Origin: Eledone cirrhosa
Taxonomy: Eukaryota
DNA: 64,000 bases
Direction of reading: 5' to 3'
NCBI GenBank assembly: GCA_964016885.1
Contig: OZ024740.1
Location: 262,074,001-262,138,000 of the forward strand
Below, in pieces: positions 1 through 11,797 of the stretch (its first letter is position 1; every line of letters starts with the position of its first letter). The notes beneath the pieces were generated by a model, which was not told the origin of the DNA, searched no databases, and saw only the letters and a list, made by a program, of their open reading frames with translations. The position numbers and the translations under genes were made by a program.

Positions 1-1872
1 GTCTTATGTTAGTTGGCGTTTTCATTGGTGCTGGTATTATGTAGTCCTGTTGTGAAATGTCTGTGTGTTCAATTATGTAAGTCATTAGTTTCTTGTTGTG
101 TGTATTTATTGCCGTGCATTTGTTTTTCTGGGGGTGGGGTGTGGTTCTGCTATTTTCTTGTCGTTGTTGCTGGGTGTGTGTGTTTTGTTGTTGTGTTTGC
201 GATGTTGGTGCTTGTGGTGGTGGTGTTGAAGGTGTTGTTGGCGGTGGGGTTGTCGCCGGTGGTGATGGTGGTGCTAGAGTGGGTGGTGATGGTGTTGGTG
301 GTGTTGCTGCTGTGGGTCTCTTTGCAGTAGACTTTACCCTTTTCTCATTTCTTTCCTCCCTTTTCAGAGGCGACGATGCGCTGCTTCTGCGTTTGTGCCT
401 TCTTACGACCTTTTGCCATCCCTCTCCCACCTCACACTCCATGTCTGATTCTGTGAGGTCGGGGAGGGGTACCAGCTCCACTCTTTCACTTGTTGTTGTT
501 GGTGATGTTTGCACTGGAGTCTCTGTTGCAGCTGCATTTGGTATTGCTGTTGTTGTTGTTAATATTTCCACTGCTGTTTTTGATTTCCGTGGCGTGGGTA
601 TGGGTGCCACGGACCTATCGTTCCTGGTTGCCGCTTGTCCTGTTGCTGGTAGCCGTGGAGCCGGATTCGGAAGGAGGGGGGTTTTCTCCTTTCTCAGGGT
701 CTTCTCGTTGCAGAAGGCCCTGAGGTGAGTCTTCGATCCACAGCGAAAGCATTTCGGGCGTTTGCCCTCAACACGTATGGGCAGTTGAGTGCCGTTATCG
801 AAGTCTATCACATCCGGGATAGCTGGTTGGTTTGGATTAGCATCTCAATGGAGGTGCCGACCCAATCTTCTCTTACTTTTTTCTGTACTTGCAGTACAGT
901 TGTTTTGTCCTCGATTCCGACGAGGACAGACGCGGCCAGCCAAGAAGGGGCCATTCCGGGGGGGGGTGGGGTGGGGACGTGGGTCAGTTTGACCCTCACA
1001 ATTTTTTGTCCGCAGTAGGAGGGCACCAACACCATTTCCTCGCTCCTTAGGGTCACTACGGATTGGGCCTCTGCCTCCTGGGGTGTGGCAAAAAGTACGT
1101 CTACGGTGGCATATTTTTTGCCTCGGGTGATGTGCGTTTTCCGCTGCCACACAGACCCCAAGGCTTTTTGTATTTGGGCCTCTGTGGCTCTTTTCACCCT
1201 ACGGGATTTTGTACTTACTGTACGGTACGTGACCGTACAGTGCTGATGGGTTTCGAAAAAATTTTCCGCTGCCTTGCAGATTGCTCGGTGTCCATTCTTT
1301 GTCACCATCTTCTTCGCTTCCTCTAATTCCTCATTTGTTATGAGGATTGTTTCCAAGTTTTTCGCAATACCTGCAAATGAGATTGGTTTTTCTTTGCTGC
1401 TGTTGTTGTTGTTGTCGTCAGAGCTGCTGTTACTTTTGTTGTTGCTGCAGGTACTACGACTACTGCCTTCGCCGCTGTTGCTGTGGTTGTTGTTGGTGTT
1501 GCTGCTGCTAATGCTGTTGTTGTTTATGCTGATGATGATGCTGTTGCGGCTGCTACTGTTGTTTTCATTGTCACTGTTGCTGTTGTTATTACGGCTGCTA
1601 CTGCTATTATTCCTGACGTCAGACGAATGAACTGGGTTTTCGTATTTCCCGCACACCTGTTTCGTCGCTGTCGTCGTCGTCGTGGAGAAACCTTGCATGC
1701 TTTGCACGAGACTTTTCTTTTCTTTCGTCACTTGCGAAAGAGAAGGGAAGGAGAGAGACACATTTAAAGAAGGGAGGAAGAGAGACAATCTTCTCTCTGC
1801 TGTAGTGACGATTGAGGAAGAAGAAGACGGAATGAGTGGGAGTGACCTATGCAAATTCTTTTTCGTAGCCAT
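1..1872 (-). pseudogene. Retrotransposon ORF1 (gag-like nucleic-acid-binding protein), frameshifted near 815-825
   Basis: ORF 808-1872 (354 aa, N/S-rich low-complexity insert). In another frame it continues as PDVIDFDNGTQLPIRVEGKRPK-CFRCGSKTHLRAFC, a CX2CX4HX4C zinc knuckle at 710-751, followed by a P/T/Q-rich tail that appears to run to the window edge. Confidence 0.8.
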
Positions 1873-2090
1873 GTTGTTTTTTTTTTGTTTAAAATAAATA
1901 TTGGGTACAAACCCCCAATAAGCAGTTATTTAACCCCGAGGGGCCAAATAACGGGCAGAGAGACCCCTCTCACGAGGAGGAGGGTGTTTTTGTCTACAAG
2001 TTGGTCTAAGTTTTAAACAATTTACAATTGTTAAAGCGTTCAAAATTTACAGTACCTTACAGAGCCGAGCCTCCGTCAACCATAACATTC
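1..2090 (-). mobile_element. L1/Tx1-like non-LTR retrotransposon A, 5' part (5' UTR plus ORF1); continues off the left edge of the window
   Basis: Gag-like ORF1 with a CCHC knuckle on the minus strand. About 220 bp of 5' UTR begins right at the (AAT)n tract at 2091. The ORF1 peptide EELEEAKKMVTKNGHR matches the ORF1 remnant of the Tx1-like element at 7963-11769, which carries APE and RT. Confidence 0.75.

Positions 2091-2123
<33 letters not shown>
2091..2123 (+). repeat. (AAT)n microsatellite at the junction of Tx1-like element A and R4/Dong-like copy 1
   Basis: Perfect AAT run read directly. Similar runs occur at ~3973, ~7931, ~11769, ~12896, ~13113, ~13231, ~13467, ~15937 and ~63324. Confidence 0.98.
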
Positions 2124-3832
2124 CACTGGAAGCTGGAGAAGTTAATATTAATTGTTGAATTTTTCAGGGTGACTCTTTATCACCGCTTTTATTCTGCATC
2201 GCACTTATACCATTAAGTAAAATGCTCAATGAAACAAAACATGGATATAGAGTCTATGACAAAACCATTAATCACCTGTTCTACATGGATGACATGAAAC
2301 TATTTGCAAAAAATGATGAACAATTGCAAGGGCTATTATCCACTGTGAAGCAGTTCAGTGATGACATTAAAATGGAGTTTGGACTGGATAAATGCGCCAA
2401 AGCAACGTTCACCAGAGGAAAGCTGCTGAAGAGTTCAGACATTAATCTTGATCGGGGGAACGTGATAAGAGAGCTTGATCAAGAAAAAAACTTACAAATA
2501 TCTAGGTGTTTGTGAAGGAGACGGAATCAAGCACTCGACAATGAGGGAAAGGATAAGGAAGGAATGTTACCGCAGAGTCAGAGCAATCTTAAGAACGGAA
2601 TTGAATGCAAGGAATAGGATCGATGCCATAAACATGCTTGCCATACCAGTAGTAACCTACAGTTACAATGTCATCAACTGGTCAAGCACAGAGATCCGTA
2701 GGCTCGATACAAAAATCCGAAAATTCTTAACCATGCACAGAATGCATCACCCTAAGGCAGACATAGATAGAATATATCTCCCTAGGAAAGAAGGAGGACA
2801 TGGCTTAATCCAGTTAGACATTGCGTTGAAAACTGCAACAATTGGATTATCCACATATCTAAGGGAATCACATGATTGGATGATCAAACTCGTTTTGAAA
2901 CACGAAAGCACCAACAGATCATATTCCATTACAAAAGATACACAAAGATACAGTAATGGACTACAAATTTCAGAAGTCCCATTTACTGCTGAAATGGAAA
3001 ACACAGAAAAAGCAAAGCAGGTAAAAGTAACTGCAAAGAAAGAACTGCTACAGAAACTGGCTAAGAAATGGCAAGAAAAGCCTCTGTATAGAAAATACCC
3101 AGAGCGAGCTAACAATCCTGATGTTGACAAAACTTTAACCCATCAGTGGTTGGCATCCTCTGGACTGAAATCGGAGATTGAAGGACTGATTATACCAGCA
3201 CAAGATCAGTGTCTGCCAACAAAAAATTACCAAGCCAACATAATAAAAAATGGGTGCAGCCCATTATGCCGTGTATGCAAAAATCACCAGAGACCATTGA
3301 CCATATAATTTCAATGTGCAGTCCTATAGCTCCAACCGAATACCTAAACAGGCATGACAGAGCTGCACAATACATACATTGGATAATGTATAAGCATTTT
3401 GACCTGCCCCATCAAAAGAATTGGTGGGAGCATCAACCACCTCCCATACTTGAAAAAGATCACATCTCAATCTTGTGGAACTTTAGCATCCAAACAGACC
3501 GAAAAATAGATGCAAATAGACCTGATATAATATTGAAGGGCTTTCAAAGGAGGGTATGCCTGCTAATTGATATGTCTGTTCCAATAGACAAGAATGTATC
3601 TATAAAAACATTTGAAAAATTGAGCAAGTATAAGGACCTGGAGATAGAAATTGGAAAAATGTGGAAATTGAGAACTAAAACAATACCAGTGGTTGTAGGC
3701 GCTCTGGGAATGATACCTAAGGGGTCTAACGACTACATATCGCAAATCCCAGGAAACCCGCGTATAGGAGAAATACAAAAGATAGTACTAATGGCAACTG
3801 CCCATATACTAAGGAAGATCCTGTCAATATAA
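2124..3832 (+). pseudogene. RT C-terminal half plus zinc finger plus RLE endonuclease, disrupted
   Basis: Overlapping ORF fragments 2222-2515, 2475-3308 and 3209-3832 are joined by frameshifts. There is an in-frame TGA just before IFQGDSLSPLLF (~2156). Confidence 0.88.
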
Positions 3833-3995
3833 GTACATCACAAGTCTAAACACTAAGGATGCATGTGTGAATATGTATGTTCTTTCTTGAACATGGCGGA
3901 CCTTGTTGTCTCTTGAGGTCACTGGTTGTGACTTGGTGATAACTCGTATGAACATAAAGCAAGATAAATGCAAATAATAATAATAATAATAATAA
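2124..3995 (+). mobile_element. R4/Dong-like RLE non-LTR retrotransposon, 5'-truncated copy 1, with (AAT)n tail
   Basis: Starts mid-RT (matches copy 2 from ~6461). Contains YMDD, a CCHC finger CRVC..ETIDHIISMC, RHD and PD..D..K..KY restriction-like endonuclease motifs, a ~140 bp 3' UTR and an (AAT)n tail. Confidence 0.88.
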
Positions 3996-4349
3996 GAGAG
4001 AGAAAGGGGAAGGTGGCGGTATCACTAGACAAGGGAGAGGCTAGCAAAAGATATAAATAGATTGACTTAGTGACCTGGCCACCGGCCAAACGTCAACATC
4101 AACAACTATGGCACTGCTGGCTCACCCCTTCCTCACCAACAGTATAACAATCCCCAGCACCACCACCAACATAGCCAACAACAATAACAGGCAACTTCAG
4201 CAAAAAGTATATTATATTATTGTAATGCACTGGGTGATTGCTGGCCTTGTGCCTGGAGTGGAGACAATTATTAATAATTTCATTCTTAAGCCACGCAATG
4301 CTCACATTAAGAAACCACTCATGATAATAACAATTAAAAAAAAAACAAC

Positions 4350-7300
4350 AAAAAGAAAACCCCGTGACCAAGAAATACCGGGATGGCGGCCGGCGGGGAA
4401 TAGCCGTGTCTCTAGGGGAGAACGACCCCTCTAGTCTTGGTTGACACTCGTTCTAGAAGTGGTAACACGAAATGATTACCCCTTGGCAGATAAGGATAAA
4501 ACGCGACAAAATAAAGTAAATGTCTAATGATAAAATCTCATACCGGATCGGCCGTCACCCGGGTAAAAAAGGGCGCGTCCCTCAGAGAGAAACCAGACTG
4601 GGGTCGAAAAATCAGCTAATGGTTCAAACCTTCCCATCACTTTGGAGCTGGAGACCTCCCATAACCGGAATAATCCGACTGTTGGCCCTCCATGCTCACC
4701 ACCAAGAAATCCAAAGAAAAAGAGAGAAAAATGCTCAAGGGAAGATAATAAAGAAGTCCTTGAGGCTTTCTACACTGCCATGTACTACCCATCAAGTACA
4801 TCGAATACAGAACAGACATATATCAACTGGAAAAAGAAACATCCCGAAAACAGAGGCTATATTGACAGCAACAAACTAGCCAATATACGAAGAAATATTG
4901 TAAGAAAAAAGTTACTAACTGATATAGAAATTGATCAGATCAAGCTATTAGCACAAAGTCAGCGAAGGGAAAATGAAACATGTGTCAGTGAAAATGAGGT
5001 AAATTGTAACACTTCGAATGCCAGGGTTGGGGCGGAATCACTGGCAACAGAACAAATTAAAGAAAGGATCGAAAAAGTGGAGGGAGTGCATGCTCAAGAT
5101 GAAACTCCAAATGAAAATAATGAGATCGTAAATGATAAAGAAATGAATGAGAATGAACTAGCCAACTTGAAGGATGAAATTATGATCGAATGGATGAAAA
5201 TGAAAGAATCTGACATGGGGCAACGAGACACCCTCCCTAAGATCCAGAACTCCAAACAGAACCAAAAGATAATACACAAGGCTAACATAATTCTCAAAAA
5301 CATTATCATCACAAACAAACTAAACATTACTGATTTAAATCATCTCTATTATGCATCGGCTAAAGTCACCACTCACTTATATGGAGTGAAGATGAAAAAA
5401 CAAAGGAATTCCCACAAGAAATCTACTTGGCAAGAGAACATCAATCGCCAAATAAACATTCTCCGATCTGACATAGAAATTTTAACAAACTATAAAGTAG
5501 GTGAACATGTTAAACAAACTAAACTTAGAAAATTGAAAAAAAAGTACAGTATAAAATCAACAAGTGACATAGACATGCTGATAGAAATAATCAAGCAAAA
5601 AGTGTCGGCCAAAGCTGCTCGTATAAGGCGCTTTGAAAAACGATCTAGATTCTATAAGGACAATAATATGTTCAAAAACAACTAAAGAAACTTCTACAGA
5701 AAAATTGGTAAGTCAACAATAACTGCTAAATCAATACCACCCAAGGAGGAAGTGCAAGAATTCTGGGAAAAGATCTGGGCCGAAGAAAAAGTTCATAATA
5801 TACATGCCCCATGGATAGACAGACAAATGAAAGATACAGCTCACCTTGAGGAACAAATATGGGAAAATATAACAGTTGAACAGTTGCGCTTGGCTCTAAG
5901 AAAAACCAGCAAATGGAAATCCCCAGGAAAAGACAAAATGCAAAACTTTTGGATAAATGCCTTCACAGAATCTCATGAGCTGTTAGCCCAACTTTACAAT
6001 GAAATAGTTAAGGAGCCAGAAAAGATACCATCAGGGCTAGTCAACGGCATTACATTCCTGCTTCCGAAGAATGATGAGACAAACAATCCCCAAAATTACA
6101 GACCGATAACTTGCTTGACCACAATGTATAAAATTTTAACATCAGTCCTAACTGAATACACATATGACCACCTGATAACAAATGACCTATTTCCCAATGA
6201 GCAGAAAGGGTGTAAACGAGGCTCATATGGCTGTAAGGATCAGCTTCTGGTTAACAAAATGATACTGGAAGATTGTCATAATAGACACAAAAATCTATCG
6301 ATTGCTTGGATAGATTATAAAAAAGCATTCGATAGTTTGCCACACAGTTGGATTGAAAAATGTTTAGAGATTTTCAAAATATCCCCCGTTGTCAGGAGGT
6401 TTTTGTCATTCAGTATGAAGACATGGAAAACGACACTCCTTTTGAATAGTGAAACAAAATCACTGGAAGCTGGAGAAGTTAATATTAATTGTGGAATTTT
6501 TCAGGGTCACCGCTTTTATTCTGCATCGCACTTATACCATTAAGTAAAATGCTCAATGAAACAAAACATGGATATAAAGTCTATGACAAAACCATTAATC
6601 ACTTGTTCTACATGGATGACCTGAAACTATTTGCAAAAAATGATGAACAATTTCTCGATACAAAAATTCGAAAATTCTAAACCATGTACAGAATGCATCA
6701 CCCTAAGGCAGATACAGATATAATATATCTCCCTAGGAAAGAAGGAGGACGTGGGTTAATCCAGTTAGACATTGCGTTGAAAACTGCAACAATTGGATTA
6801 CCTACATATCTAAGGGAATCACATGATTGGATGATCAAACTCGTTTTGAAACACGAAAGCATCAAAAGATCATATTCCATTACAAAAGATGCACAAAGAT
6901 ACAGTAATGGACTACAAATTTCAGAACTCCCATTTACTGCTGAAATGGAAAACACAGAAAAAGCAAAGCAGGTAAAAGTAACTGCAAAGAAAGAACTGCT
7001 ACAGAAACTGGCTAAGAAATGGCAAGAAATGCCTCTGTATGGAAAATACCCAGAGCGATCTAACAACCCTGATGTTGACAAAACCTTAACCCATCAGTGG
7101 TTGGCATCCTCTGGACTGAAATCGGAGACTGAAGGACTGATTATACCAGCACAAGATCAGTGTCTTTCAACAAAAAAATTACCAAGCCAACATAATAAAA
7201 ATGGATGCAGCCCATTATGCCGTGTATGCAAAAAACAACCAGAGACCATTGACCATATAATTTCAATGTGCAGTCCTATAGCTCCAACCGAATACCTAAA

Positions 7301-7928
7301 CAGGCATGACAGAGCTGCACAATACATACATTGGATAATGTGTAAGCATTTTGACCTGCCCCATCAAAAGTATTGGTGGGAGCATCAACCAATTCCCATA
7401 CTTGAAAAAGATCACATCTCAATCTTGTGGAACTTTAGCATCCAAACAGACCGAAGAATAGATGCAAATAGACCTGATATAATATTGAAGGACTTTAAAA
7501 AGAGGGTATGCCTGCTAATTGATATGTCTGTTCCAATAGACAAGAATGTATCTAAAAAAGACATTTGAAAAATTGAGCAAGTATAAGGACCTGGAGATAG
7601 AAATTGGAAAAATGTGGAAATTGAGAACTAAAACAATACCAGTGGTTGTAGGCGCTCTGGGAATGATACCTAAGGGGTCTAATGATGACTTGTCACAAAT
7701 CCCAGGAAACCCGCGTATATGAGAAATACAAAAGATAGTACTAATCGGAACTGCCCATATTCTAAGGAAGATTCTGTCAATATAAGTACATCACAAGTCT
7801 AAACACTAAAGATGCATGTGTGAGTATGTATGTTCTTTCTTGAACATGGCGGACCTTGTTGTCTCTTGAGGTCACTGGTTGTGACTTGGTGATAACTCGT
7901 ATGAACATAAAGCAAGATAAATGCAACT

Positions 7929-7962
<34 letters not shown>
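4350..7962 (+). mobile_element. R4/Dong-like RLE non-LTR retrotransposon, near full-length copy 2 (5' boundary approximate)
   Basis: Single long disrupted ORF with N-terminal region, RT (KSPGKD, NYRPITCL, WIDYKKAFDS, YMDD), CCHC and RLE motifs. The 3' UTR is nearly identical to copy 1 and ends in (AAT)n at 7931-7962. Confidence 0.88.
4520..7785 (+). pseudogene. R4/Dong-like single ORF (RT plus RLE), disrupted
   Basis: In-frame TAA at 5683-5685 between ORFs 4642-5685 and 5752-6543 (same frame). Relative to copy 1 there is a 10-bp deletion in QGDSLSP (~6507), a ~377-bp deletion at ~6652, a frameshift near 7556 and a premature TGA near 7720. Confidence 0.88.
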
Positions 7963-7964
<2 letters not shown>

Positions 7965-8084
7965 TGAAAAATTCCCCAATAGGGGGGAGACTTCCGAGGG
8001 ACATTTGTGGAGAAAGCCCATTAAAAGACCACAGTGACCCTGACCACCAGGGCAAGTGCCCTCTTCCAGTTTTCCACCTTTAAT

Positions 8085-11000
8085 TTACAGACACATACTC
8101 AGAGTAGGCCCATTCACTCGGGCCATACTTGCTTCTCTCACCAATCTTTCAACAAAATGCTGGGAAGAGAGCACTTCCGTCTCTACCCTGATTTTCCTTT
8201 TCAAATGAAATTTGAAAAAGTTAATCAGGGCATCACCGAAGAGGTAAGTGCTCGTCTTCAACCCTTTCAAACGTGTCCACCATACTATCTCTTTCGCCAT
8301 GGCCACCAGACAGATAAAAACTGCCTGCCCTTCCCGGCTAAAGGAAGAGGGCGGGGAAATCCTCACGATGGGCTCAGCTGATAGCTGGATCCGTCCTACA
8401 CGTGACAGCAGGTGTGCGACATAAACCCACAAGTCAGCAATGCTCGGACACTGGACGAGTGCGTGCAGGACGGTTTCGTCGCCCTGCGCGCATCTCGGAC
8501 ATGCCCTCCATGCCTGTAGAGTTTATCCCGAACTGGCAAAGCTCCCCGGTAGCACTGCCAGGCCAGGGATTTCTGGAAGTTGTCCATAGACCCCGGCCCG
8601 AAAGTCCTCCCGAAGAGATTGGCTAGTTGATTTTCGTCGACGCCTAGAGTTTTTCCAAGTACGTCGTCGCTCTTCCCCTCCACTAATCCTCTATAGAACG
8701 CCAAGGTGGAGTCTCCACCGATCACATTGCCCGATTGGTCGAGGCCTGTGAGCGCCTGAAGACATTCCAGTCTCCAAGCGCTCCCTCTCGGTCTTTGCTT
8801 GATCCAGGACTGCAGCTCCGTCAAGGAGACGATCTGGGGAGAGACGTGTCTAGCAAACGGCGACCACACCTGATGACCGTCGAGGAAGAGGTGGAGATGT
8901 CGTAGCCTGAGCGCGTGTCTGCGCATCATCAGCCACGGCATGCCCAGCCCTCCACATAGCGGGTGTTGACAGCAGATGGACCGCCTGACCATCGGAGCGC
9001 GTCCCTTCCACAAAAAGCAAAAGAGCAAAGGCTCCAGCGCAGTCAGGCGGGGCTTAGGACAAGGTACGACGGTCAGGCGGTAGTAGATGACGGACGCGAT
9101 GTACGCGTTGGCCACCTCCGCTCGAACTTTCAGGGATAGCTTCCTCTCCGCCCAATTCTGGGTGAGAGAAGCCACCCTGCTCGTCACCTTATCCCAGTTT
9201 TTGTCCGTCAGGAGGTCCGGACCAAACCAGACCCCTAGCAATTTAACCCGTCCGTCCGTCCAGCGCCCGACGACGCTGTTGGACGGCATGGACCTGCCTC
9301 TCTAGGTGCCGAGCTGCAGGCCCACTGACTTTTGCTGGTTGATCATTGCTCCTGTCACCGCTTCGTATTCTCTTAGTGTAGTACCGATCGCCTCGATGTG
9401 TTTGGCGTTCGACACCACTACGGTGACATCGTCCGCATATGCTGACACGGATCTTCCGCATCCTAGTTTGCGCGCGACGCCTCTCAGTGTCTCCAGTTTG
9501 TGCAGTAATGGCTCGAGAGTCAATACGTACCGAGCGCATGATGTTGAACGGTTCCGAAAGGTGACCGTTCACTCTCACCACAGAGCAGTTGTCGCTGTGC
9601 ATGGCAGCGATCCAAAGCCAGCCGCCCTCAGGACTGTCGCTAGGTAACGATGGTCGACCCTATCGAAAGGTTTCGACTGATCTAAATTGATCAAGGACAC
9701 ACCCGTGCCAGGTTCCCTAGCTACCCTCTATACGTTGTATCGCATGAGGTGGAGGTTGTCGTTGATGGATCTGTCGGTAATGGCGCATGTCTGCGCCTCT
9801 CCCACCAGACCACCAACGACAAGCGCCAACCTCTTTGCTAGCACATTGGCCAAAATCTTGAACTCTGTGTTTAGCAGAGTTATGGGCCTAAAATTATCTA
9901 TGTTATCCCCCTTGTTCGGATCCTTTCTCAGCAGCGCCACAGCTCCTCGGCTCACAGAGCTGGGAATTCTCCCGTTCTGTTGTCAGTTGCAGTAGACGGC
10001 CGCCAAGAGGCCTTCGAATAAGTCAGGCATCTGTATGTAAAGTTTATAGGGCAGACCATCCAAAGCAGGCGATTTACCTCTTGTGCAGCCAGTCATTGCC
10101 TCCCGTACTTCAGCGGCTGTGATCGGCTTTTCGCAACACTCCGCCTCAGTGGCCGAGAGCCGCGGCAGTCCGTCGAGGTAGACACTAAAGTCCATCCCTC
10201 GATCCGACCCGCCGCTGCCCCCGAACAGCTGTGCGGAGTGTCGCTGAAAAGCTTCACACATTTGCCCGGGATCGAGTAGCATGCGCCCATCGTGGTCCAC
10301 CAAAGATCAGATCGTGGCTTTGTTGCCACAACGCGCCTCCGCCACTCGGACCCATTGAACGGCTTTCCTCCCCTCGTGTCTGAGAGCACGCAACCTAGCT
10401 CTGACAACGCAGCCTTCGTGCTTTGCATTGAAGAATTGGTCAAGGGCCAATTTCGCCGCAAGTACGTCGGTCGCGATGCCTTTGCTAGGCGCCTCGAATA
10501 ATGTTCTAACTAATTCTCCCTCTGCTCTATTTTTCTCTATTGCTAAAGCCTTACTAAACCTAATGGACTCTATTCTAATTGCTCTTTTCAGAGCAAACCA
10601 CCACTTGTTGTTTACGATGGCCCATTTCAACGCCCGCTTAACTAGTTCGCTAATACGGTCTCTGTAGGCCTTGCACGCTGGTAAGGACGCGTTTAGCGTC
10701 CAGTAGCCAGGTCCTCGTCTATGAAGCCTATCTAAATCAAGCACACAGATCACGAATTTGTGGTCCGTGTAGCTGACTATCTTGAATTGTGTACAGCCTA
10801 TGCTAGACCTATCTATTTCCCTACAAAATACTCTATCTAGATATGATCTGGATGACCCTAGCGATTTATCCATGTCCACATTGGCACATTAGGGAAATCC
10901 AATCGGTACCTGTCAGACAGTTCAAAACGCCTGAGCAGGTTGATGAGGCTCTTGCACCCTCCTCCCCTATCCGCTGATCCCACACAGTCCCAGCGTGCAT

Positions 11001-11105
11001 CTAATATCCCGTTTCAGTCGCCCACTAACACTAATGAGCGGGACGTTCCAAGAAAGGTCTCCAGACGCCGGAAGAAATAAGGCCGCCCTGCTCCTGTCGT
11101 GGCTG
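8085..11105 (-). pseudogene. Tx1-like ORF2 (APE endonuclease, reverse transcriptase, zf-RVT-like C-terminus), disrupted
   Basis: APE motifs LVLVGD*N (~11020), SYLDRVF and YTDHKFV. RT motifs KSPALDGLP, NFRPITLLN, SAYADDVT and LLGVWF. C-terminal GRAEV-like, GGLGMP and LAWQCYRGALPV segments. Multiple stops and frameshifts. Confidence 0.88.
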
Positions 11106-11109
11106 ACCC

Positions 11110-11591
11110 TGTACCCATCTTTCTTTACCATTTTTTTGCTTCTTCTAATACCTCCTGAGTTACCTGTAATGCTTCGCACTCTTTTTGCACTCTGGCAAAC
11201 TCAAGGTGGTTTTCTTAATTTCATTGTTGCTGTTGTTGTTATCGTTATTTTTGTTATTATTAATTTTAGTTTCAGGTGTGGTGGTGGCGTCAGTGGTGTT
11301 CGGTGTGGAAGAGTTCATTTTGGTTGAATTCATTTCGATATCACGAGTTAATTAATTTTTTTCTTTTGTTTCTGTTGTCGCTGTGGTGGTGGTGGGGGTG
11401 GCGCCTTTAAGACCTGCAGTCATTGGTAATGGCGGGAAATGAATGTCTGCCTGAGACAAATTTAAAATATTGCTATTGCTTATATTTTTAGTGTTGGCAA
11501 ACGTAGTAATATTTACAATGGTGGTGTCGGTGTGAGGTGTTAGTTTGTGAGGAAGGCTCTCAGCTACTGGGTTCAGCTGTGAGTCGGCCAT
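11110..11591 (-). pseudogene. N-terminal remnant of Tx1-like ORF1
   Basis: ORF 11352-11591 (MADSQ...TTTT) followed by a frameshifted VTQEVLEEAKKMVKKDGYR, homologous to ITNEELEEAKKMVTKNGHR in ORF1 of element A. Confidence 0.7.
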
Positions 11592-11797
11592 GATTTTTCA
11601 AAGAAATTTATTTTTGTTTGATAATTATAAAATGTTTAAATTTTGGACTCAAGGCCCCAATCTTTTTGAGTGTCCTTTTCAGAAATCAAATCAATGTATG
11701 TGCACTTATATACAGTTAACAATAAACATTTTCCATAAATAATAATACGATTTACTACGTAGGTCGCCAATAATAATAATATTAACAATAAAAAGAA

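Larger units (their letters stand above)
7963..11769 (-). mobile_element. L1/Tx1-like non-LTR retrotransposon B, internally deleted
   Basis: 5' UTR and ORF1 start (11591) are joined to the C-terminal half of the APE domain, then RT and a C-terminal Cys-rich domain. The 3' UTR (AAATTCCCCAATAGG on +) is shared with the fragments at 13256-13443 and 13476-14931. Confidence 0.85.

Noticed and set aside
13-1897. Plus-strand hydrophobic ORFs (V/L/C-rich) as membrane proteins
   Set aside because: They are antisense shadows of the low-complexity ORF1 on the minus strand.
4355-4640. HDV-like ribozyme in the 5' UTR of the R4/Dong-like element
   Set aside because: GC-rich hairpins and a GCTAAT are present, but I could not assemble the nested double pseudoknot by eye. 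An RNArobo/Infernal search would be needed.
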